In this document: positions 11,002-21,598 of the stretch, piece after piece
How the letters are laid out: every line of letters begins with the position of its first letter
How positions within the stretch are numbered: position 1 is the first letter of the stretch
Assembly (NCBI GenBank): GCA_002811645.1
Contig: PDIP01000063.1
Span: 4,328 to 51,157, forward strand
Source: Corallochytrium limacisporum Hawaii
Lineage: Eukaryota > Protista > Pluriformea
Direction: 5' to 3'
DNA: 46,830 nucleotides
The notes under the pieces: generated by a model
What the model was told of the DNA's origin: nothing
Seen by the model: only the letters and a program-made list of their open reading frames with translations
Database searches by the model: none
Made by a program: the position numbers and the translations under genes

Positions 11002-11630
11002 GATAGGATAGTAATGATCACTGTTTTGCGTTGTTTCGGGTACTAATCTATTCCTGTGCCTCTATCCAGGGTCGGTTTACAAACATAACATAAGTATTCC
11101 CAAGGTAGTTGTCTCAGGGACCTACCCAAACGGGCGAGTTACTCGTTGACTTTCCTGAACTCTGTGCCCAGAAAAATAACCATCCACGCCTTCGTTCGCA
11201 CCTGAGAACTGTACCCATTTGGAGGCCCTCCTGATCTGTAGTAAATTCTTCGCGCCCAAAACGAACTGGGCGCACCGTGCGGGCCACGTCCCAGCCGTTT
11301 CTATTCGTGATACGGAGGGGGTTCATTTTGGGGGACAGGGGAAAAAACTCCTCCTCCACCAGCCAATTGGGAACCGAGGGGCGGGGTGGACCTGCTCACA
11401 TTTTGCGCAAGGTGAGGGGCGGGCTGCGCGGAGCGCGTGTGCGCTTGGGGACCGAAATATGTGCCTCCCGTAGTGAGGCTACTTCTGGAGCGGCGTTGTG
11501 GTGATTGACTTACTGGTACAGATCATATGTCTAAATAATTACAATCATAAAATATTTTGCGAAATGTTGATCTAAGTTCGACCAGAATGATATGATTTAA
11601 GCACATAGCAACATTTCACACAACCAAACT

Positions 11631-12356
11631 ATGGGAATGGCAAATACAAACCGTGGTGACGCATCGAACCAGCTGCTGGCAGCTCAGTTCAAATGGAAAG
11701 TGCGTGATAACATCGACCTCAATGCCCCGGGCACACAGGATGTGGTGAAAGTCAGGGATCCAGAGGCAGATTTCCGTGAGCGGAAGACGAAGGAGCGACA
11801 GGCACGTTTGTTGCGAAAGCAGCAGCAAGGTGAGGAGGGCTTGAACTCCAATCCCTTAGACTTCGACATGCTAACTGCGCGTAAAGAAGTGCAAAATTTT
11901 GGCAAGTCCGGCATGAGTGACCGCGCGAAGAAGAAACTAGAGGTTGAACGCATCAAAGCCCTTGGTGGCAAGGCTCAGAAAGCTCAGAACCATCCTTACC
12001 ATATAGCGAAGGGAATGCGGAAGAAACAATTGGAGCGGGAAGAGAAGCACAAGCAGCGGGTGCGTGAGTTAGGAGTAGGATTGTCAAAGCACAGTGCGCT
12101 CACCAATGTCACAGAGAAGCGCCATCAACGGGGAGATCGCGGGCTGGTCCTGCGCACACCGGGCCGGTTTGCGAACGGAACTTTGCACCTGGGTAAGAAG
12201 GACATTGCGAACATCACGGCGGATAGGATGCGCTCATCGTCCGGTACTGATGGTGTTCCATCGCGACGTGCCCGTGGCGCCGCAGCTGGCAAGGGTGGCC
12301 TGACGAAGGGTGGCAAACGAAAGAAGGGAGTCGGCCGTAAGAGTTCTCGCAAGTAG
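11631..12356 (+). CDS. C1orf131: SSU processome assembly factor, C1orf131/Faf1 (DUF4602) family
   Basis: Basic protein with RKEVQNFGKSG...ERIKALGGK...HPY and C-terminal GRFANGTLHLGKKDI. Confidence 0.75.
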   Translation: MGMANTNRGDASNQLLAAQFKWKVRDNIDLNAPGTQDVVKVRDPEADFRERKTKERQARLLRKQQQGEEGLNSNPLDFDMLTARKEVQNFGKSGMSDRAKKKLEVERIKALGGKAQKAQNHPYHIAKGMRKKQLEREEKHKQRVRELGVGLSKHSALTNVTEKRHQRGDRGLVLRTPGRFANGTLHLGKKDIANITADRMRSSSGTDGVPSRRARGAAAGKGGLTKGGKRKKGVGRKSSRK

Positions 12357-13626
12357 GTTAATCCCTAAACTTCCATCCCCGTGCAACGTTCGATTCCATA
12401 CCATACCATGTCATAGTCCTGGCATCATAAACATCATGTGGCATCTAATTACATCCATTTTGTGATTTCTCTATCAATCGTTTCCAGAATCATCCTGTGT
12501 ATGGTTATTCGCATGATCGCTGAATAGTCGTGCCCCGTTGCTTCGTGCTTCTCCACAATAAACCGATTTCCTCTCCCCCATTCCCTTGGGGCCGGGGGTG
12601 ATTGTCCCTGTTTCCGGGCAGAATGTATGGGGGGTGCGGGTGGATGGTGGCGTCGAAGAGCAACGCTATCCTGGGCCGTCCCCAACCCGCTCCCGGGATT
12701 TTGGGAAATGTGCCTCAGGCGGTGACCTTTGTATTCCGGTACCCTCCCTTCCCTTCGATCTTCGTCCTATCGACCCGTGCATAGAAAAGTACCCGCTCGA
12801 GTACTCTTGCTGGATTTTCGCCAATGTCCATAGCCACGGACACCACTGAACGCTCAGGTCCATCCCGGTCCCGTACCCCCCGCGGGGCAGCTTTGGCCGG
12901 GAATTACCAATGAAATCAAGAATGGGAGCCCGAGTGAAACGGAAAAGAGGAGGGCGAAAAGAGAAAACACTTTGCGTGTCCGGCCGTGCAACGGCCTGCC
13001 GGGAGCCGGCCCCCCCCCCTTGGGCGGGCTTTCTTGGTTTTGGGCTTGGACGTTTTGGCCGGGCGGACCTGTGTGGCTCTTTTTTCCCGTTCCTTCACCG
13101 CAGAGCTCACACAAAAAGAGAGCAAAAGGGGGAGGGGGGCCGCCGGGGCGTTCGGGCTTGGTGCGCGAATTTCTGTGCTGTGTTGACTGTTTTGGCGGCC
13201 TCCAGGGCTCCGGAAGGACAAGGGTCCGAGGCGAGACTCAGGCTGTGCCTAGTGATTCACGGTAACTTGAGGTCATTTTGGTGATAGTTTCGCTCTCTCG
13301 AAAATTGTATTGTTTTTCTTACACATTCGCGACAGTCACATTGGAAAAAGCTACAAAATTGTTTTCACTAGTGCACAGCTTCGGGGGTTTGCACACCCAT
13401 CTAACGTAATAGTTGTGCCATTGACCGCGGATTGCATCCTGATTTTTTGTTCGTTTGCAGTGCGGGGTGCAATGATCAATTGGTTTCGAGATACCTAAAA
13501 GCTGAAAATTCAACAGTTTTGTGAGAATTGGGAAAGTATCTCACAACTAATCATGACCGGCGGATAGCAGCACTGTTCTTTTAAGCAGAGAGGCCGTAGG
13601 GATTGTAAGCTCTAATAACGTGAAGT

Positions 13627-16600
13627 ATGGCTGACTCCTTTGGCCCCCCTAGGCGGGAGAGCACTGGTGTTGACACCTCATTACCGAAAGATACACTGTT
13701 CGAATACTTTTTCGTTGCGGGCTTCAAAGGATTTGAAAATGAGTCTGAGAAGACACACTATGGCATGGAGGCGAATGAGACCATGGAGGCAGAATCAAGC
13801 TCGAAGAAGGTTCATCCACTAGCTCGAACCCTTCCCTCATCCATTTTGTTCCGCTATCCGGAACGGGACCGTGAATTCTTTGAGTTCCCAACAAATGTGG
13901 ACGAGTTTTGTTTCCCGGACCAGATTCGGGTCCGGGAAAAGCCTTTTGCGGGACTTAGTTTGCAGATTGACGGGGTGGACATTGGTCAGGCACAGCATCC
14001 AACCGTGTGGCATTCATTTACCTTGACAGATGAGCAGGGGCGGAGAGTCTTTGGAACATGCCTTACCGTATACGAGGACATTAGTTCGGACGTCGTAAAG
14101 GTGTTGGAAGAACGGATGAAAGAATGGAAGGAGAGCGACGTCGTCGACAAAACTTTTGACGAGGCAGCAGACATTAAGACACACAGTAGGGACGAAATTA
14201 AAAAAGTGTTAAAACAATGGCGGGAGTTGAGTGTAATCAAGAAACAAATCTTGGCTCAGGAAAAGAAGGCATGGATGGAGTCACAGGATAATCTGCTGGC
14301 TCAGCAGTCGTTTGAAGCGCTTAACAGGAGCAGTATTAGCAATCCACCGGGGTCTCCTGGACGTTCAAGCCCGTTGCGGCCACGGACAGAGGATACGTGG
14401 TCCGGGGCTGGCAGCACACCTGGAACACCGGGCAACACAACTCCCCGCGGGCCGGGAACACCTCGCCGTGGTGGACCACCACAGTTTGTACCTTCGCGGA
14501 AGTTACAGAACATGCACGATGATATCAGCGCTCTGGAGGAACAACTTGCTCTCTATATGGATCTGCTCCAGCAATATGACTTGAGCATATGTAATGACGC
14601 CGAAATGAGAGATCTGGTGATGCCCAAGACGGTGGGATTCATAGCACGAATGCCGCTGATTGAGATAGGCAAGGATGTCCTTTGCCAGCTTTATCGAATT
14701 AGTCGCAAAGGCTGTATGTTACCGATTGAACGTTTCATTGTGAATCTGACAATGGAGGTCCCTTCACCCCCACCAGGAAAATACGAAGTTCGCGTGATTC
14801 TGGATGACATTCACATGCATATTCATCGGCCCCCGATCAATCGTTACTATCCTATGGTCACCAACTTTAGCTACGATCCCCTGTTCCGCTGTTTGGACCT
14901 AGACAACGTGATACTGGTCTTCAATGCCGTGGCACAGGAACGTAAGGTCATCTTGCTCTCTGCCCAATTGTCATTGTTGAATCACATGGCCCTGATTCTG
15001 CAGTCCATTATTTATCCCATGGAATGGCAGCATGTCTTTGTGCCTTTATTACCGCATCGACTAATCAGCTTCATTCATGCACCGGTCCCCTATCTGTTGG
15101 GAATTCAGGCACACTACCTTGAAAAGGAACGGGACTCTATTCCAGACGATGTGGTCCTTGTGGACCTTGACAAGGACTTTATTATGCTCAATCAACGGCC
15201 AGTAGATCTACCACCAAAGCTCTACAAAAAGCTGCGGGCTCGCCTTGAGGCCGCGGGCGCCAACATCTGTCCGTTTGCACAGGAAGAATACCGCTCGCAG
15301 CGCCACCAGCAAGTCCCTTTGGGACATCGGGCAAAGCCAGTGACTGCGAATCGAAGTACACGTACCGCTGACATTGTCTTTCCATACGGGGAGGACTACT
15401 TTGTGTGCCGAAGCGCTCGGAGTGTTGTACGCGGACGGATGGAGTATGAATATGATGAAGACGCTGAGGGTGCTCCTGGTCTGTTTCATTCTGGTTCACA
15501 ATCGTCCTTGAAGACAGCTGTAAATTCAGTAGGCCAAAGATATGGCATCAATGTCGGAGTGTCACAGTCCTATCCGGCCAGTGACAGCGAGGCTTCACCG
15601 AGCCCAGTGCCGATCCAAAAAGAAATGGGCGGCTCGGCACGCAGTGCCAGCGTTGGCACTAACGACCGACGAGGATCTGCCACGAGTGGTTCGGGAGGGA
15701 GCATGGGGGGTTCCGCGTACGGTGCTCGGTCAGTGCCGTTGCAACGTGAATCTTCGAGGGATAGTGACGATGGACAGCCGCGTAAGATTAGTGTTACCCG
15801 AAGGTCCCCCATGTGGCGTACCAAGAAATCGTCCCAATCTTCCAACGCCGGGGACAACGTAGGTCCGTTGCGGGAGACAGACGAAGGTAAAAAGGTATCT
15901 TCCTTCTCGGACGATCGAGCGAGCTACAATTCTGCGCCAGAGCACATTGTTGACCCGTCAGAGCTGCCGGATCTGAACACATTGAAGCTCGAGGCACCCA
16001 GGTCCGCTCAACCGGCGGAGCCGCGGCGGAGCCGCAAGGGCCACAGGAATGCTCCTCAACGCATGCACTCCTTGGAAGCGAATTCGTACGAGGATCTTTA
16101 TGTCAATTGGCATCAACCTAGTGGGGTCAAAGGCTTCGGGTCTACCCACGAGTTCAGTGCCCAGATCATCCGCAATGTCCCCCACTGCGGCTACTGTCTG
16201 AAGATGATTTATGCTTGGGGCAAGAATGGGGTCTATGTGTGCAACCGGTGTCACACATGTGTTCACAAGGGGTGTGTGCCTTACATTTATCCATTCTGCG
16301 AGACGGGTGTGGATAATAATGCGGTTCGCAGTGCGTTCTACGGGGTATTTGTGTCTCTGTTTATGGACTACCGGGATTACCTGATCTTTCCGGAGAACGA
16401 TGACTTCCGTAGTCGCCGTCCCGAAGATCTTGAGCTACAGATGATCTTCAACCGCAATGGGTTTGTGAGCTCCTTCGCCGTTGGAGAAAGGCCTTTCGTG
16501 GAGGCTATTGTGGACACTGGCACATTCGCCCAATTCATCTGTGAACGCATCACTGGAGATGAGAGTGATTTCCATGTGCTCTTCTTTGACGAGAGCATTA

Positions 16601-17265
16601 AAAAGAAGCAGAATCGCAGCCGCAGGGTCTTGAGTAAGCACATGACACCCTTCATAGATGACAAGACTTACAACCTCAATACTATTTACGAGGCCAAGGA
16701 ACCGAGCATGGAGGACGGTCAGACTATTTCCGACCTTATGGCCTCCAGTGGACGTATCTATCTTTACGAAACGTTCCCGACGACCTTCGACACTAGCCTC
16801 ATGCATAAATACTACCCTGCACGGCCACTCATGCAAGAACGCGACTATATCCGGATGCGCACTCATGTCATGGCCTTGGCCCGCAAAGTTACGCTCGCGG
16901 AGATTGCACGACAACGTAAGAAGGACGGCGGCAGCGCCAGCAAGTCGACAGAGGACGTTTTTACGACCAAAGAAGAGTTAGAGAAGCAAGCGAAGCTTCA
17001 GTTTGTGGAGACCGTGCAGGAATTGCACGATCGGCTTGAACGAGTAAGCATTCCGGAGGATGAACTGCCATACTGCTCACCGGAAACGATCGAGAGGGCC
17101 ATTATGCATCTCGTGAATGCGCAACAACTGATTATGGAGGCCTCGGACGTTGCGGATCGGTTCAACATTAACGAACTGTCCCTGTTGCTCAGGGACGTCG
17201 TCGCCCGCATCAGCGATCATGAAGAGATTCTAGAAAAGGTTCGGGCTGGGGGATCGTATGCATAA
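13627..17265 (+). CDS. DENN-domain Rab GEF with an embedded C1 zinc finger
   Basis: uDENN (LFEYFFVAG, FCFP, SFTLTDEQGRRVFGTCL), core DENN (ERKVILLS, PMEWQHVFVPLLP, HAPVPYLLG), C1 finger at about 16147-16299, then dDENN (FAQFICER). Confidence 0.9.
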   Translation: MADSFGPPRRESTGVDTSLPKDTLFEYFFVAGFKGFENESEKTHYGMEANETMEAESSSKKVHPLARTLPSSILFRYPERDREFFEFPTNVDEFCFPDQIRVREKPFAGLSLQIDGVDIGQAQHPTVWHSFTLTDEQGRRVFGTCLTVYEDISSDVVKVLEERMKEWKESDVVDKTFDEAADIKTHSRDEIKKVLKQWRELSVIKKQILAQEKKAWMESQDNLLAQQSFEALNRSSISNPPGSPGRSSPLRPRTEDTWSGAGSTPGTPGNTTPRGPGTPRRGGPPQFVPSRKLQNMHDDISALEEQLALYMDLLQQYDLSICNDAEMRDLVMPKTVGFIARMPLIEIGKDVLCQLYRISRKGCMLPIERFIVNLTMEVPSPPPGKYEVRVILDDIHMHIHRPPINRYYPMVTNFSYDPLFRCLDLDNVILVFNAVAQERKVILLSAQLSLLNHMALILQSIIYPMEWQHVFVPLLPHRLISFIHAPVPYLLGIQAHYLEKERDSIPDDVVLVDLDKDFIMLNQRPVDLPPKLYKKLRARLEAAGANICPFAQEEYRSQRHQQVPLGHRAKPVTANRSTRTADIVFPYGEDYFVCRSARSVVRGRMEYEYDEDAEGAPGLFHSGSQSSLKTAVNSVGQRYGINVGVSQSYPASDSEASPSPVPIQKEMGGSARSASVGTNDRRGSATSGSGGSMGGSAYGARSVPLQRESSRDSDDGQPRKISVTRRSPMWRTKKSSQSSNAGDNVGPLRETDEGKKVSSFSDDRASYNSAPEHIVDPSELPDLNTLKLEAPRSAQPAEPRRSRKGHRNAPQRMHSLEANSYEDLYVNWHQPSGVKGFGSTHEFSAQIIRNVPHCGYCLKMIYAWGKNGVYVCNRCHTCVHKGCVPYIYPFCETGVDNNAVRSAFYGVFVSLFMDYRDYLIFPENDDFRSRRPEDLELQMIFNRNGFVSSFAVGERPFVEAIVDTGTFAQFICERITGDESDFHVLFFDESIKKKQNRSRRVLSKHMTPFIDDKTYNLNTIYEAKEPSMEDGQTISDLMASSGRIYLYETFPTTFDTSLMHKYYPARPLMQERDYIRMRTHVMALARKVTLAEIARQRKKDGGSASKSTEDVFTTKEELEKQAKLQFVETVQELHDRLERVSIPEDELPYCSPETIERAIMHLVNAQQLIMEASDVADRFNINELSLLLRDVVARISDHEEILEKVRAGGSYA

Positions 17266-17462
17266 GAAAGAAAAGAACATGACCACGTGCACTGTATGAT
17301 CGTTTCTCGTTCAACTGTTTTGTTAACAATTAGTTTCTCAGGTATACAAAAAATTCATTTCACATTTGGTACTGCTAACAGATATTGGTGTTTCGGAGTC
17401 CGAGTTGCACTTCTCCGTGCTTTCGCCTCAAACAGTCTCCCGCAGCATTGACTAAAGACATA

Positions 17463-19184
17463 TTAGGCCTTCTGCTGCTCAGCAAAATCAATGAGCAGGC
17501 GGGCACCGAAACCGGACATGCCCTTAACCTTGTAACCCGCTGTGGCCTTCGCCGCCATGACGCCGGCAATGTCAATGTGGGCCCAATGCTCACACTTGGT
17601 GAACTGTCTAAGGAAGATGGCCGCAGTGCAGCTACCAGCCTCCCGACCGCCAACATTCTTGATGTCTGCGGTGGCAGACTTCATCTGGTCCTTGTACTCA
17701 GGGATAAGGGGCATACGCCACAAGCGCTCACCAGAGATCTTAGATGCGCTGTGCAGCTTGCCCCACAACTCCGAACTGGTGGTCCATGTACCCGCGGCCT
17801 GGTCACCTAGGGAAATAATCATGGCACCGGTCAAGGTGGCTAGATCGATGACCTGTTTAGGATTGTAGGTGTCGGCGTGGATCAAAGCATCGGCAAGGAT
17901 GAGGCGACCCTCGGCGTCGGTATTGTCGACTTCAATGCTCATACCATTGGAGGCAACAACCACGTCTCCTGGCTTGGTGGCCTTGCCTGAGGGCATGTTC
18001 TCGGTCATGGGGGTAATGACCACCAAATTGATCGGCAAATTGAGCTCAGCTACACCGAGGCCAGCGGATAGAACCGCAGCGCTGCCGCCCATGTCGGCGC
18101 GCATGTCAGCCATGCCGGCGCTTGGCTTGATGGAGATACCGCCAGAGTCGAAAGTAACGCCCTTTCCCACGTACACAGTCGGGGCTTCCTCGCTGAAAGA
18201 CCTGCCGGTGCCTTGGTACTCCAAAACGACCATACGTGGTGGTTCCTCAGAACCGGCAGCGACAGACAGGAAGGATCCCATGCTCTTATCCTGGATCCAC
18301 TGTTCTTCGTAGACAGTGACCTTGAGCTTCGGGTTGGCAATGCGCTTAGCTTCTTCCTCAATCCGTTTAGCGTACAGTCGCGGAGACATGAAGTTTGCCG
18401 GAGTTTCCTTGAACTCACGTGCTAGGTTCTGGCACCGGCCGACAATAGTGCCACGCTTCCACTCGTTCGCATCGGCACAACCGATGGGATTCAGGCCGAG
18501 GGGCTTCGTCTTGCTCTCTTTGAAGCGATCAAAGGAGTAGTTGGCCAGTGTGGCGCCCTCAGCGGCGCTGCGGGCATCGACCGAGCAATCGACGTCGACA
18601 TCGGTGATGCCGAGACCGGAGCCCTTCAGGGCGTTCACAGCACTGCCGACGACGGTGCGGTATCCCTCAGTTACGTAATCGAAATCGTACTCTGGCTCGG
18701 CAGGCAGGGTCTTCTTCTCACCTGTGAAGGCCAAGGCGACAGCCGCGTAGTCCTTGCCGCCGTTGGGACCGTAGACGATCTTGACATCTTGCTTCTTCGC
18801 TTCGCCAAACACTGGCAGGAGGGCAGCCAGGGCACCTCCGAGCTTCTCGGAGTCCACCTTGGCGGCAGCGGGGCTCAGAGCGGGTTTGCCATCAGCGCCC
18901 ATGGTGACGACGGCAACAAAGCCGGACTTGGGGGCAGAATCAGAGCTCATGTTGCGACGGATCTGTACCTGTTGGTTAATGATACTATGCCACCGATGAC
19001 AGATAACGTTCTGCTGACGAGTGATGTGACTGGCAGGAGAGAACCGACTTGTAGTGGTTGCAGCTGGAGCAACAAACACGGATCGGCTAAAGTTTGTAGT
19101 AGGCTTGAAACGACGCTGTGTTGTAATGACACAGCGGTTCGAGAGGCTTGAAAGGTTGCGTATTCTCCAAGACACACCGGCCAT
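17463..19184 (-). CDS. LAP3: M17 leucyl aminopeptidase with an N-terminal mitochondrial presequence
   Basis: VGKGVTFDSGGISIKP, DMGG, NTDAEGRL, DLATLTG. First ATG is at 19184; a second in-frame ATG is at 18950. Confidence 0.95.
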   Translation of the reverse strand: MAGVSWRIRNLSSLSNRCVITTQRRFKPTTNFSRSVFVAPAATTTSRFSPASHITRQQNVICHRWHSIINQQVQIRRNMSSDSAPKSGFVAVVTMGADGKPALSPAAAKVDSEKLGGALAALLPVFGEAKKQDVKIVYGPNGGKDYAAVALAFTGEKKTLPAEPEYDFDYVTEGYRTVVGSAVNALKGSGLGITDVDVDCSVDARSAAEGATLANYSFDRFKESKTKPLGLNPIGCADANEWKRGTIVGRCQNLAREFKETPANFMSPRLYAKRIEEEAKRIANPKLKVTVYEEQWIQDKSMGSFLSVAAGSEEPPRMVVLEYQGTGRSFSEEAPTVYVGKGVTFDSGGISIKPSAGMADMRADMGGSAAVLSAGLGVAELNLPINLVVITPMTENMPSGKATKPGDVVVASNGMSIEVDNTDAEGRLILADALIHADTYNPKQVIDLATLTGAMIISLGDQAAGTWTTSSELWGKLHSASKISGERLWRMPLIPEYKDQMKSATADIKNVGGREAGSCTAAIFLRQFTKCEHWAHIDIAGVMAAKATAGYKVKGMSGFGARLLIDFAEQQKA

Positions 19185-19327
19185 AGGAGTCAAGTGATTA
19201 CGAAATGGGGCACAGGTTTAGGGGTTGAACCCAAGAGTGATACCTAGCATTTAATAGCTGTGCAGGAACGAGGCTCAAACATCGGAAAAGGTACTCTCTC
19301 CCAGTGCAAAATAGCTCAGTCACAATC

Positions 19328-20630
19328 CACGCACAAAAGAACTTTGTGTGTGAGAAGAAGAAAATGCAATGAAGCCGCCACCAGTCCATCACATGACTCT
19401 GTACTCTCCGGTAGTGTAATTTGATCGCCCTTTGTCATCTGAAAGGGGTGTATCCCAATTGAGTCAACCCGGAGAGGTATTCCTACGTCTAGAGTCTCAC
19501 ACATTGTGCCTTGCTCGACTCACTGTCTCGCTGTTGAGTGCAGATTTGTCTGGACACGGAGGCCTACCTGTCAGCATATTTGATGTGCGATGACACACGC
19601 AGAAGACAATACAGCGGGACATCATAGGGATTGCTGTCTTTCACAGCAGGTATCCCCCACAGGTTTACGGACCCACCTTCTTCTGCTTGTATGTTGTCCA
19701 GATAGCTACCCTTTGTTATTTTCTTTGTTTTCCTTTTTATCTCTGGCCTAATCCCGTTTTCACTCTGCGCGCACAACAGGAGCAAGCGGGCAACATATCA
19801 ACTGGGAAATATACTATCCCTGATTTCGGGATTTGGCATCAGGACAAACGTAAGCGCAAAAGCCACTGAACCACAAGACCCGCCAGCACCATACGATTTC
19901 CAGCAAAGGGAGACTGGTACGCCCTGCGCCCCTGCTGCGGAATCCGCTCTTATGTTGTCCCAAACCGTTCGACTCCCAGAGGGTAATCCCCAACACCATG
20001 TCGAAGACAGGTCCTACTGACCGCTAAAACTGTTTTAGAAACTGAAACCGCCACAACTCTCTCTCCCGTCGATGCAGGACGTAGAGAGAGGAGAGTGTGG
20101 GGCGCGACGGAGGCGGATACACAACCAGTGGATCGCGACAGACCCGTCAAGATTTCGGGGGTATGGGCTCCCTGAACAGAGTCCCTGTTGGCTGTTTTTC
20201 TGTGTTGGGAGGTACGTGTGTGAAACATTCGGACTGCTCGGACGAACTTTGCGATACCGAACATGCTGTAAAGCAAAGACTAAGATGGTCTCAGTCCCTC
20301 TGTACATGTGTTCTTGTGACGATTCGGGTGGTATCATGCATTGCTTTCGTTCCTGTGAAACACATGCGCTGAGTCCGTCTACGCTTGCTCCATGCCGACG
20401 ACCAAGCCGGGTCCAGAGCGCGTTCGAGTGACTCTGAAGTTTAAGACCGTGTGCGCATTGTCCGTCCGTGCATATTACACAATCTTCCGCCCTCGGACTT
20501 GTCAACATGCATCATGTCTGATGACATACTCACGGGTCATTACACAGACACACTTCGTCGATGGTTTCTTCCCGCTCTGCAGCGGGACCTACAGCTCACT
20601 TCCCTGCCACGATCACCACCCGGCAAAACA
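19328..20630 (+). ncRNA. Candidate large structured non-coding RNA (family unknown)
   Basis: No credible ORF. Many nested 7-10 bp helices found by eye, with G-U pairs favouring the + strand (see findings). Confidence 0.3.
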
Positions 20631-21016
20631 CCCACAAAACCTTGACACATCACACACACCCACACAGATTTATGTACACTAACACTAGATAAGTGACACA
20701 TGCTGTGCACCCCCCGGAAGACTGAGAGCGCAGGCCGCTAAGCTCCACAGCTTACTCACACACTCGAACCATCCCTTCGTCGCTACTACGTGCCCACAGC
20801 GCCTACATTAGAACTATTACTACGCAATTCAATCGGGTCATATTTCTAACCTTCCCAAACGTGTGTTGCAGTGATCCACCAGGTTTGTTTTTTTCCTACT
20901 GTACACATAGACCTGCCCTACACATCTTCGATTGCGCGTTCATGTTGTTAATGTTCAATCTCAGGCACCATCGCGGTGTACATTGCTTTCGAGTCATGAG
21001 AACTCAGCGCATTCAT

Positions 21017-21048
21017 ACACACACATACACACACACACACACACACAC
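21017..21048. repeat. Imperfect (CA)n microsatellite
   Basis: acacacacatacacacacac... read directly from the sequence. Confidence 0.95.
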
Positions 21049-21414
21049 CATGGCTACGCAGACCGTAACACCGACAACACCGCTAAAACCAACCGTGCCA
21101 CCTCCGCAAAAGGTGCTAACCGTTCGCAGCTTGCCCGCCCTACACAACTGGGCTCCCACCCCAGTAGAAGAAGGGGGGCTCTCCAATTTCTCTGTGAGGT
21201 TTTTGACTTTTGTTTTCCTTTTTTTTTTGGGTTTCCGTTTGGTGGTTTACTGCAGTAAAATCCCCTTCCCTTCCTTGTTTTCTTGAACGGTACGATTATT
21301 ACCAAGCTTCCAATTTTTCTTTGCTCCGCCTTCCTCTCCAGCTGGGGGTCCCGGGTAGAGGGGTATGGGGCAGGGTGATGGGCGACGGGTTCGCCCCCCC
21401 CCCCCCGGGGTGGG

Positions 21415-21598
21415 NNNNNNNNNNNNNNNNNNNNNNNNNNNNNNNNNNNNNNNNNNNNNNNNNNNNNNNNNNNNNNNNNNNNNNNNNNNNNNNNNNNNNN
21501 NNNNNNNNNNNNNNNNNNNNNNNNNNNNNNNNNNNNNNNNNNNNNNNNNNNNNNNNNNNNNNNNNNNNNNNNNNNNNNNNNNNNNNNNNNNNNNNNNN
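21415..21598. other. Assembly gap (184 N) flanked by C/G homopolymer-rich sequence
   Basis: Run of N; C13GGGGTGGG on the left and CCCGGGGG on the right. Confidence 1.

Noticed and set aside
12388-12397. GTTCGATTCC B-box/T-loop-like motif (also GTTCGACTCC at about 19967)
   Set aside because: No T-stem pairing or cloverleaf; no tRNA can be supported anywhere in the window.
20191-20201. GCTGTTTTTCT, identical to part of the human telomerase RNA pseudoknot
   Set aside because: The required partner strands (downstream CAGC and an A-rich P3 strand) are not in the right positions, and there is no TTAGGG template nearby.
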